A stretch of DNA of 64,000 bases from a virus, in the IMG/VR virus record IMGVR_UViG_3300031759_000010; one strand, 5' to 3'. The position numbers and the translations under genes were made by a program. The notes under the pieces were generated by a model. The model had not been told where the DNA came from and ran no database searches. It saw only the letters and a program-made list of their open reading frames with translations. Every line of letters begins with the position of its first letter. Position 1 is the first letter of the stretch. Below are positions 8,401 to 15,371 of this stretch, in pieces.

Positions 8401-9874
8401 TGTTGTTGCCCCACATATGGGCGAGGGTCAGAGCGGCATCGGAGTTCGAGAAGGTCACGTTGGATGCGGTGAAAATCCAGAACCGGGAAGCCTCGATCCA
8501 GTTGGGATTGTTTCCGACCACCTCGTTCGCCGCCGTGCATACGAACCCATCCATTGTCTGCGCGGGCCCGATCACGGTGTTCGAAAGCATCGAGTCCATC
8601 CGGAAGCCAGCCTGATCGCCTGGTCCCGTTCCATCGAAAGAGCACTTATTGTGCAGGCGCACCGCGCAGGTGGTTGTGCTGTTCAGACCCTGCCAGTGCC
8701 AGAACTGCGAAGCGGGAAGCAGGACGTGAACACCCACTCCAGCACTCGATCCACACTCAATCTCTCCGGCGAAGTCGGTGCTGGGATAGAAATTGGACGC
8801 ATCCAGCGTACCGCCGCCGCTGTTGATGGTTGTATTGTCGGCCGCGTTGAATTGGTTATCCGGAGTCGCCCCGGCGAAGTTCTCGGGACGGAACAGGTGC
8901 TGCTGGGTGGCGTAAAACGCTCCACCTGCTGTTGTGTCAAAACATATCTGGTCCGCAGGGCAAATGGCCGACGTGAAGTAGAATTTCGCCAAAGACGCCG
9001 GTTGAATCGAACCGCCCGGGTAGAACTGGATATTGGGGGCCTGGCAGGTCTGGGCAGGAACCGCCGTCCATGGGGTTGTGATCAACAGCGTGGAATTGTT
9101 GGCGTATGCCGCCGCGCAAGCCAGGGCAAGAGTGCTGTACTGCGATGCGTCAAGGAACTCCGGGGCAGGACCAAGCGCCGTCGTTCCGGTGTACATCGGA
9201 ATCTGTCCAATTGTTCCCGATCCAATGCCGCCTCCGCCGCCCGACGAATACTGCGGAATGTTCAGCACGTTGCCGATATACGTCGCCGCGCCCGATGTCC
9301 CGGATGTGGTCAGTGTGAACGGAGTCGCTTTTGCGTTGAACGTGTTCCAGTCAGTCGAGGAGAGCCAGCCATTCGATGATGTGGTGGCTTGGGGAAGAGA
9401 GATGTTGGGGGTGGTTCCGCCGCTCGACACAAGAGGACTCGTGGCGGTGACTGTCGTGATCGTCCCGGAAGATCCGCCATTCTGGTAGCTGCTGTATATC
9501 GTGGTTGACGTTGGGTTGGTCTGCATCAGATAGAACGAGGATCCGGATACGAACGCAGAGAACCACCCATTCTGGTCCGTCGTCAACGGATTGGGCAGAG
9601 GTATCGTTTCAGCCACGTCGGCATAGAGGGAAGACAGCGGGGTGCAGGGAACACCAGAGGCCCCATAGGGGCAGATTCTGACCGTCGCGTAGGGGGCTGG
9701 CACACCAGACAGCGTGACGACCTGATTAGAGATCACCGCTGTCGCCTGGGCCATCAGGCGAGAGGAAGCCAGTGCGAGGAAGATCAAAAGTGATATTCCT
9801 GCTGCCCTTTTTGCTGTTACACCTGCGGCAAAGCGCTTGATTAACATATTCACCATCGTTTTCAATCCTGTCAT
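5435..9874 (-). CDS. Large tail fibre / receptor-binding protein with signal-peptide-like N-terminus
   Basis: ORF 5435..9904. ATG 9874 is preceded by GGGAGGAGGAAG. Thr/Ser/Gly-rich beta-type sequence with three internal Cys-containing repeat modules. The segment SFWMKGDGG...VWIDDMFIS looks like a carbohydrate-binding module. Confidence 0.7.
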   Translation of the reverse strand: MTGLKTMVNMLIKRFAAGVTAKRAAGISLLIFLALASSRLMAQATAVISNQVVTLSGVPAPYATVRICPYGASGVPCTPLSSLYADVAETIPLPNPLTTDQNGWFSAFVSGSSFYLMQTNPTSTTIYSSYQNGGSSGTITTVTATSPLVSSGGTTPNISLPQATTSSNGWLSSTDWNTFNAKATPFTLTTSGTSGAATYIGNVLNIPQYSSGGGGGIGSGTIGQIPMYTGTTALGPAPEFLDASQYSTLALACAAAYANNSTLLITTPWTAVPAQTCQAPNIQFYPGGSIQPASLAKFYFTSAICPADQICFDTTAGGAFYATQQHLFRPENFAGATPDNQFNAADNTTINSGGGTLDASNFYPSTDFAGEIECGSSAGVGVHVLLPASQFWHWQGLNSTTTCAVRLHNKCSFDGTGPGDQAGFRMDSMLSNTVIGPAQTMDGFVCTAANEVVGNNPNWIEASRFWIFTASNVTFSNSDAALTLAHMWGNNNFSQIGVLTQTAPSCAFYDVSTSASFDSVTCDSSSSTNSMPTTIIGKVGLNHVTGISGSGLAGPGYVTLSNFNNGCAGSTATVQLDSSGNFLSAVTNLSGNLCSYAPTSATCASGTATCPATVTITSTLTGSYTAGLWFRNLQTTHPPFGQYALYIQGNNYTQELSFINTYSEGPTTQLTNKNTVPYIRVGSGIGAVNLIRTTCAEQAGTVSDGAYCVDVASGNLGTSATNTTARNSHLIINDEANNVQITSSTQGAGGYNGNATWLPTYSTNVSGLPVTSALSPAYLTNANLLTNNGFESGGITATASGGTTSYGGSWAGYCGTGASCTYLQDGTLELASVTGVSGGGGFSGSGTILLTNFNNGCSGATATVTLSSGSFSSAVITGSGSSCTSPPTTATCTSGTATCTGSPVTITVVTTTAANAVTGSYSQELTMTGGSYASVYQGSINVTSGQQYILSFWMKGDGGSEGVTVRLINTSNTNQYCAGVVSVKSTTVWTYYSTPCVSSATDSGAGMTMFIDAPGTVWIDDMFISSQTSLTYPGFGAVSQYSSALTSFAAPSGSWPTWLVPTVTNSTTTPSLAVAASAVPTSVGGLGANNGSATGVPVFASGTATVTATTGSGSPVAAVSPALTGSPTAPTQTAGDNSTKIATTAYVATAVTAVTPTVTFAGGDLICARGSDTGIASTAITGGTATSLTVGSLPPAFVVGSLVGVTGASPAGLNTSGTSYYAVTSVVSNTLNFASLGGTWSSGGTIFLGCANTSDAAGNYVYASYNAPTLTPAANATYSNTVQFAEWTTATAPSLIVSSNYGTAGSHTVIFNCNFSNSLPTSQSGGGGQVTWDLTFPSSTSVIATQKSLLQSGAGSCGPSTKAPVAISGSKTLLTGFNFTATGIGIPTYSSGGTPTGTGTCVVAASGGGGSNGQLTVNVSSGAVTGFTMLNTGYGYTSEPTSWTYVSGSACSTTITTTGGSLGGAQGNAILVQASKLSQ

Positions 9875-10112
9875 CTCTGCTTCCTCCTCCCATCCCTCTG
9901 GCACGAGCGTGATCGAAGGTCATATCATCGAGTTCAAAGTAATGGAGACACGACGGGCACACCCCATTCTGCCTCTTCCACATCTCCGCCAATCTCCGCC
10001 TGTATTCCATGCGTCCGGCCGTGTTGTTCAGGCAAACCTCCCGCCCGTCCCGGGTCTTTTTGGTCGCCGCCTGCGTCTTCGGTTTCGTAAACCGCTTCCT
10101 CATGAACCTCAT
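9726..10112 (-). CDS. HNH endonuclease
   Basis: CPSC...FDHARARGMGG...DDRIEN...LCRRCNSKKG is an HNH signature. GGGAGGA lies 5 nt upstream of ATG 10112. It overlaps both neighbouring ORFs (see findings). Confidence 0.75.
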   Translation of the reverse strand: MRFMRKRFTKPKTQAATKKTRDGREVCLNNTAGRMEYRRRLAEMWKRQNGVCPSCLHYFELDDMTFDHARARGMGGGSRDDRIENDGEYVNQALCRRCNSKKGSRNITFDLPRTGFLSPDGPGDSGDL

Positions 10113-10851
10113 CGTCGTCCTCCCGGCTTACATCCAACAGCTTCCGATACACCGACCTGACGCGCTCCAGGGCAAGATGAGTCCAATCCCTCTCATCCTC
10201 CATGCCACCCCTTTTTCCCAGCGAACGGTAGACCCCCTCGATCAAGCGAATCGCATCGTTCAGGTCGCCCAAGACGCTGTTGTCCTGAATCTTGTCGGCC
10301 ACCGCAAACTCCAGGGCCTGTCCAATTGAGCTGAGATTGTGCCTGTCTTTGAACTCTTGCAGGTTCCTGAAGATGGACCCCTTGGCTGTTGCCGGAACGC
10401 GAATCGACAAGGGGGTCATGGGAACCCTCTCCGGGCCGGGAATAATGCGATTCCGGTCCTCGATTTTCCTTGCCAACTGAGAAAAGCTGTCCGCCTGAGC
10501 CTCTTGGGCCCATGGGAACTGGGTGCGAATCTCAGGCTTTACGTCCAGAAGGAGAAGAGCCTGGCCGACAGGGATCTTTTCCAGCTCGGAAAGGGGGAGG
10601 GAGGAAAGAGCTTGTCCGATGGCAACCGCCTGGAACCACCAGGTCTTGCCAATCCCCAAGCTCAACATGTATGCGTGTTCGTTTTTGTAGCCCAGCTCGG
10701 CAAATCCGTCATTCAGCTTGAGCCGCCAGCCATAATAGGCCAAATGGGCGAAGGATAGGTTGTATTCCCTGACCGACTGGCGGATGTTCTTATCCAGTTC
10801 CCGGATCTCCGAGACGGCAGGGGCCGACACAACATGAAGAGAGGCGCTCAT
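9934..10851 (-). CDS. Hypothetical protein with low-complexity acidic C-terminal tail
   Basis: 305-aa ORF. The last ~60 aa overlap the HNH gene in another frame. No domain recognised. Confidence 0.5.
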   Translation of the reverse strand: MSASLHVVSAPAVSEIRELDKNIRQSVREYNLSFAHLAYYGWRLKLNDGFAELGYKNEHAYMLSLGIGKTWWFQAVAIGQALSSLPLSELEKIPVGQALLLLDVKPEIRTQFPWAQEAQADSFSQLARKIEDRNRIIPGPERVPMTPLSIRVPATAKGSIFRNLQEFKDRHNLSSIGQALEFAVADKIQDNSVLGDLNDAIRLIEGVYRSLGKRGGMEDERDWTHLALERVRSVYRKLLDVSREDDDEVHEEAVYETEDAGGDQKDPGRAGGLPEQHGRTHGIQAEIGGDVEEAEWGVPVVSPLL

Positions 10852-11339
10852 AGCCCCAAATTTAGCATGAGGACAGAAAAAAGTAACGAGTTGAGGCTTT
10901 TATCCTCTCTTAGACAATAGTACGGCTTTCCCCTTTGGAGTAGAGACTCGCACGGGGTTGGGTGAAAGAAGCAGCCCTACCAAGAAGTAATCGAGTCCCG
11001 TATTGGTTTTTTGGTCTACTCGTTTTCGCCGGGTCGCAAGCCGTCATCGTTGCCCGGTAAACCGCTCTCGCGGAAACCGTTGGTTCTCAATTACCGCGCT
11101 CCCCTTTGGCCTCCCCTTCGGCAGCATGGCCATCTAAAGAGGAAGTTCAATTCCTGGCGCAGATTAACCTTCTTGTTGCCAATATCTTTGTTGGAAAACG
11201 CTCTTCTCCTGTACCGTTCCAACCCTCGGGGGAGGATCGCCATGCCCGAGACGGGCCAAGGAGGATAAGGGATACTGGAAGGACCGGATTGTCGTTGCAG
11301 TGCCCATAAAACAACCTTGAGTGGCTACAGAATAACAGG

Positions 11340-11560
11340 AGGCTTGATTTTGTCCAGCGTTAGTGCGAAGATTGTTCTGCGGGGTGATTGTTTCACTCCT
11401 TCCCATATGACTCCTTGAGCAGAATCACATGGTCACCCCGCTCATCCCCCAAAAAAGCACAAAAAGAGCCCCCAGGTTGACATCCTCCCCTCCCTGAAGG
11501 AAGGGGATTCCTACGAGGGCGGCTTACGCCGCTCTTTCGGAGGGTTCCTGCTGCTGACGG
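11340..11560 (-). ncRNA. Candidate TnpB omega (right-end) RNA scaffold
   Basis: In this family the guide RNA overlaps the tnpB 3' end and right end. Here there is a 9-bp hairpin at 11486-11507 and a 9-bp long-range helix (11379-11387 with 11433-11441). Extent and guide are unknown. Confidence 0.3.
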
Positions 11561-12711
11561 CTTACATCGCCGTTCACTTCACAGGCTAACCGGGCGTGTC
11601 CCGCCCTTAGTACGTTGATTGCGCCGACTAGATCAGCGTTCTCCGCAAAGCCACATTCGACGCAAGCAAATTCTGCCTGTGTCTTGCGGTTTTCTCCTGA
11701 GACATGGCCACAATGTGGGCACGTCCGGGAAGTGTTCTGCGGTGGCACGGCCAGGAATAGGCCGCCCACCCAGAGCATTTTGTACTCCAGTTGCCGCCGG
11801 AATTCCGCCCAGCCCTGGTCGAGTATCGACCTGTTGAGACCGGCTTTGGCGCGGACGTTCCTGCCGGGTTGTTCGACAGTGCCAGCAGCAGACCGGGACA
11901 TATTGCTTACCTGCAAGTCTTCGACGACGACCATCGCGTGGTTTTTGCTGATGGTGGTAGAGGCTTTGTGCAGGTAGTCCCGACGGGCGTTGGCAATGCG
12001 AACATGGATGCGCTGGACTTGGGCTTTGGCCTTCTTCCAGTTGTTGCTGAACTTCTTCTTGCGGCTCATGGTCTGCTGCGCTTTACGCAGATCAGCAGCG
12101 TACCGCTTGAAGATGTTGAGAGGCGGATAGACGGTTCCATCCGAGAGCGTGGCAAAGCGCACAATCCCCATGTCGATGCCCACGGCAGCGCCCTGGGCGA
12201 CCGGCTGCTCGATTTCGCGCACGGTCTGAATAGAGATGAACCACTTGCCGTTGCTTGCGCTTACAGTGACATTTCTGACGGTGCCCAGCACCTCGCGGCT
12301 ATTGCGATACCGAACCCATCCGAGCTTGGGCAGGAAGATACGGTCGTTAGCCTGGTCCAGCTTGAAGCCTTGCGGGAAACGGAAACTATCTCCGAGCCCA
12401 CGCTTCTTGAATCGCGGGTATTCGGTTCGCTTCTCAAAGAAGTTGATGAAGGCGCGATCCAGGTTCTTGAGCGAGTGCTGCAGGGCTTGCGAAGGAGATT
12501 CCTTGAGCCACTCAAACTCGCTTTTCCATGCTGGAAGCAGGTTAGCCATCTCCACATAGCTGATGAACTTGTTTCCCGTTTCATGGTTGGCTGTTTGCAA
12601 CGCCAAGGCCTTGTTGAACACAAATCTGCATGACCCGGCAAAGCGGCGCATATCGCGCTCCTGATTACCGTCTGGCATGAGTTCAAACTTGAAAGCCTGA
12701 AGCCGTTGCAT
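11524..12711 (-). CDS. tnpB: TnpB (IS605 OrfB-type RNA-guided nuclease)
   Basis: N-terminus QAFKFELMPD, RuvC-like segments and the C-terminal zinc ribbon CPHCGH...CVECG. The ORF extends to 12879, but ATG 12711 gives the family-typical N-terminus. Confidence 0.9.
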   Translation of the reverse strand: MQRLQAFKFELMPDGNQERDMRRFAGSCRFVFNKALALQTANHETGNKFISYVEMANLLPAWKSEFEWLKESPSQALQHSLKNLDRAFINFFEKRTEYPRFKKRGLGDSFRFPQGFKLDQANDRIFLPKLGWVRYRNSREVLGTVRNVTVSASNGKWFISIQTVREIEQPVAQGAAVGIDMGIVRFATLSDGTVYPPLNIFKRYAADLRKAQQTMSRKKKFSNNWKKAKAQVQRIHVRIANARRDYLHKASTTISKNHAMVVVEDLQVSNMSRSAAGTVEQPGRNVRAKAGLNRSILDQGWAEFRRQLEYKMLWVGGLFLAVPPQNTSRTCPHCGHVSGENRKTQAEFACVECGFAENADLVGAINVLRAGHARLACEVNGDVSRQQQEPSERAA

Positions 12712-12733
12712 GACTTTATTGTATACTTGGTCT

Positions 12734-13156
12734 ATGCAGGGAAGCAATGATATTCGACATGGACGGCATTGTGTATTCAATATGCACGTACACTTGGTCT
12801 TTGTCACGAAATACCGGCGCGAAGTCTTCACCAAAGAGGTGCTTGACGATCTGCGAAGCATCTTTTCCGGTGTCTGCAACGACTTTGAAGCGGAACTGGT
12901 GGAATTCGATGGCGAAGACGACCATGTACACCTGCTCGTGAACTACCCCCCAAAGGTGGCTGTATCCAACCTCGTGAACAGTCTGAAAGGGGTGTCAAGC
13001 CGCATGATTCGCCAAAAGATGTACCCAAGCATCCGAAAGAAGCTATGGGGTGGGGCATTGTGGTCGCCAAGCTACTTCGCTGGCAGTTGCGGAGGCGCAC
13101 CCATCTCCGTCATTCGCCAGTACATAGAGCAACAACAGATAAACCCCGGAGGCTGA
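12734..13156 (+). CDS. tnpA: IS200/IS605 TnpA (Y1 HUH transposase)
   Basis: HCVFNMHVHLVFVTKYRR, HUH motif DHVHLLV, and SPSYFAGSCGGAPISVIRQYIEQQ with the catalytic Tyr region. Confidence 0.9.
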   Translation: MQGSNDIRHGRHCVFNMHVHLVFVTKYRREVFTKEVLDDLRSIFSGVCNDFEAELVEFDGEDDHVHLLVNYPPKVAVSNLVNSLKGVSSRMIRQKMYPSIRKKLWGGALWSPSYFAGSCGGAPISVIRQYIEQQQINPGG

Positions 13157-13284
13157 GTTGCGTTCATTCTCGCTGTGTGTCTATTTTACCACACCTTTAA
13201 GGCGGGAGAGGGGGATGTGGATCCAGTACGACGCACCGGCCGGGCTGAGAATCCGCATCCCGCACACCTTGCAAATATCGATCC

Positions 13285-13503
13285 TTACCGGCGAACCCAT
13301 GGGCACCTCAACCTCAAGCTGCGATGCAGGTATCTCCCGGGAGACTCTGCCTGTTCAAGTTCGTTGGCGTCCCGCGGAGTGGCTCCGGTATAAAATCCGC
13401 TTTCGCCGGAGTAAAAGGTGACATGAAGCTCACCCCGCTCCTCGTCGTACTCGGCTGAGGACACGTTGGTGCTTTCGGAAATATCCAGTTTTCTCAAGGC
13501 CAT
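13285..13503 (-). CDS. KTSC-domain small protein
   Basis: VSSAEYDEERGELHVTF..G..Y.Y.G...DANELEQAESPGRYL matches the KTSC pattern. TGATG coupling to the upstream gene. The stop abuts the presumed IS left end. Confidence 0.6.
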   Translation of the reverse strand: MALRKLDISESTNVSSAEYDEERGELHVTFYSGESGFYTGATPRDANELEQAESPGRYLHRSLRLRCPWVRR

Positions 13504-14708
13504 CACTTCTTCTCCCGGGTCTTCACAATCGACCCTTCAATTTCAACCCGGACACCAGGGTAAAGGTCTCCCTCGCTCCCCTTCGCCTTCGCCGCCGCAT
13601 CCAAAACCGACTTGACCGGCGCAACACATGCCGATGTCGGGTATCCGGTGGTGGCTTTTACCTGAATCCCCTCTGCGATATCCAAAATCAAGGACTCAAT
13701 GTCGTCCACTACGGCAACAAACTTTTTCTTGACGCCAATGCCGCCGGTCTTCGGAGGGAGGATGTCAACATGATCGGCGAAAACCGGCACCGGCATGGCC
13801 ACAATCCCCGTATCGGCCATGATCTCCGCCGCTCTCTCGGGGTCTTCGGAGGCCAATTGAGCCCTCAAGGCCTCGGTCTGCCTCTCTTGCTCCGCCTTGG
13901 CCGCAAACCGGGCCGCTTCGAGGTTCTGCTGCCTCTCTATGGCTGCCAGGCGCTCCGCCTCAGCACGGAAGCGGTAAATCGCTTTACCTAGCCTCGCAGT
14001 TGCCTCGTCGATTGGGTTGAGAATCCTGTTTTCGTCGTCTTTGTAAGCCTTCCATGTTTCGTAGTGCGAACGGGTAACCGGCTGAATCTCTCCGGCGATG
14101 GCGCTGTAGAGATCTTTGCCTTTTTTGAACTCCTCCTCTGCCGCGACCAAGGTGTCGCTGTCCAGAATCAGCAGACCGTCGGCGCTGTTGATATAGCTCA
14201 GGGCCAGGTCGCAGAGTTGCTCGATTCTCTCCGCCGGAATGAACATCGCGGAGGTGGTTTGAGGCATTGGCTCCGCTTTTGCCAGAGCCACGCCAACCAC
14301 CGGCCTTTCGGGGGCAACCTCGCCCTCCTCGGGGACATCCCACTCCGACATATCCTGCTTCTTGAATTCCGCCTCAATGGTCGCAATTACATCATCAAAT
14401 GGAGACACAATCAACCCCTTAAAATCGTCGCTGGTAATGTAGGTTTCATCGATAGAATCGCCAAGGGGAGGAATCTCTCCGAGGGAAAGGTGATTCTTGC
14501 GGACAACAGTGTTGTAGAACCTCCCGGCGCTGGAGGCGTGTTTGAAGTCGTACCACGTTTTATATTGAACCCCGGCGTAGCCATAGGTGCGCTTCTCGGG
14601 GTCTTTTTTGCTTCCGTGGAGGGTGACGCTCAACTGACCCGCCTGGGGATCGTAGTCGGCGCGATCAATCAGCTCCGACGCAAACTTGTACACCTCGACC
14701 GACAACAT
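13503..14708 (-). CDS. Hypothetical protein with KTSC-like N-terminus and central coiled coil
   Basis: ATG 14708 is preceded by GGAG. N-terminus YDPQAGQLSVTLH...YGYAGVQYKTWYDFKHASSAGRFYN. Lies in the recombination neighbourhood. Confidence 0.6.
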   Translation of the reverse strand: MLSVEVYKFASELIDRADYDPQAGQLSVTLHGSKKDPEKRTYGYAGVQYKTWYDFKHASSAGRFYNTVVRKNHLSLGEIPPLGDSIDETYITSDDFKGLIVSPFDDVIATIEAEFKKQDMSEWDVPEEGEVAPERPVVGVALAKAEPMPQTTSAMFIPAERIEQLCDLALSYINSADGLLILDSDTLVAAEEEFKKGKDLYSAIAGEIQPVTRSHYETWKAYKDDENRILNPIDEATARLGKAIYRFRAEAERLAAIERQQNLEAARFAAKAEQERQTEALRAQLASEDPERAAEIMADTGIVAMPVPVFADHVDILPPKTGGIGVKKKFVAVVDDIESLILDIAEGIQVKATTGYPTSACVAPVKSVLDAAAKAKGSEGDLYPGVRVEIEGSIVKTREKK

Positions 14709-14714
14709 AAGCAC

Positions 14715-14726
14715 TCCGTATACGGA
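14715..14726 (-). promoter_or_regulatory. Perfect 12-bp palindrome TCCGTATACGGA immediately after a TAG stop (copy 1 of 3)
   Basis: The identical 15-mer TAGTCCGTATACGGA (minus strand) also occurs at 32320-32334 and 58738-58752. Confidence 0.7.
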
Positions 14727-15371
14727 CTATTGCTTCACAATTTCTTCTCGTATGTTCTGCCCGAGATCCATGCGCGTGTACGCTACACCGAGAGCGAAGA
14801 TGAACCTCTGTGCGTCCTGAAAGTCGCGATGGACAATAGTCTTCGCCTTTCCCCTGGAATCAACATGGCAAACCACGCGCGTATACCTGCCAGGCGTGGG
14901 GCTCCCGGTCAGAGCAATTTCCTGCGCCGCCAGTTGTATGCCCGCCGTCTTGGGGGGCGCACATGTGAACTTCAGCTCCACGATTGTCTTCCGGCCGCCC
15001 ATCATCCCCACCCTGTCAATAGTACACGCGAACGCCATTCCGTACACGGAAGAAATCAGCGGCAGCTCTACGCTCTCCGGGACGAAGTTCTCTCTCTCTT
15101 TCCATTCCTTGTATCCTCCAAAACGAATCAACTCATCCTCCGGAGCCCATGGTGGAGGGAGTTCGCCCTCGGCATCATACTGCTCGGTGAGGAAGTGCGC
15201 GTTTCCGCCGCGCCGCGCCGCGTTCTCAACAACGGACGGGTTTATGTTGTCAAAATGCGAATACCGCACCAAGGAGATGATTTGGGTTACCGATGGAACC
15301 CAAACACCCGCATCAGTGCGGTACTCATGATTGCCGTCGTCGAAGGTGCCGCCCTGAATCTTCCTGATCAC
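14727..15371 (-). CDS. PD-(D/E)XK (Cas4/RecB-like) exonuclease
   Basis: GNHEY N-terminal motif and IDRVG...x13...VELKF (D...ExK). GTG 15371 forms a GTGA overlap with the upstream stop. Confidence 0.7.
   Translation of the reverse strand: MIRKIQGGTFDDGNHEYRTDAGVWVPSVTQIISLVRYSHFDNINPSVVENAARRGGNAHFLTEQYDAEGELPPPWAPEDELIRFGGYKEWKERENFVPESVELPLISSVYGMAFACTIDRVGMMGGRKTIVELKFTCAPPKTAGIQLAAQEIALTGSPTPGRYTRVVCHVDSRGKAKTIVHRDFQDAQRFIFALGVAYTRMDLGQNIREEIVKQ

Larger units (their letters stand above)
11300..13285 (-). mobile_element. IS200/IS605-family insertion sequence (divergent tnpA / tnpB); ends approximate
   Basis: A Y1 HUH transposase and TnpB lie back to back, with starts 22 nt apart. Imperfect hairpins lie beyond both genes (13213-13260 and 11379-11507). 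Exact LE/RE ends are not determinable by eye. Confidence 0.75.

Noticed and set aside
5435-9904. Diversity-generating retroelement targeting the fibre gene.
   Set aside because: There is no reverse transcriptase and no template-repeat copy of the fibre C-terminus anywhere in the window.
12712-12879. N-terminal 56-aa extension of TnpB in the ORF track.
   Set aside because: The extension overlaps the tnpA start region and is not family-like. ATG 12711 yields the typical QAFKFEL N-terminus.
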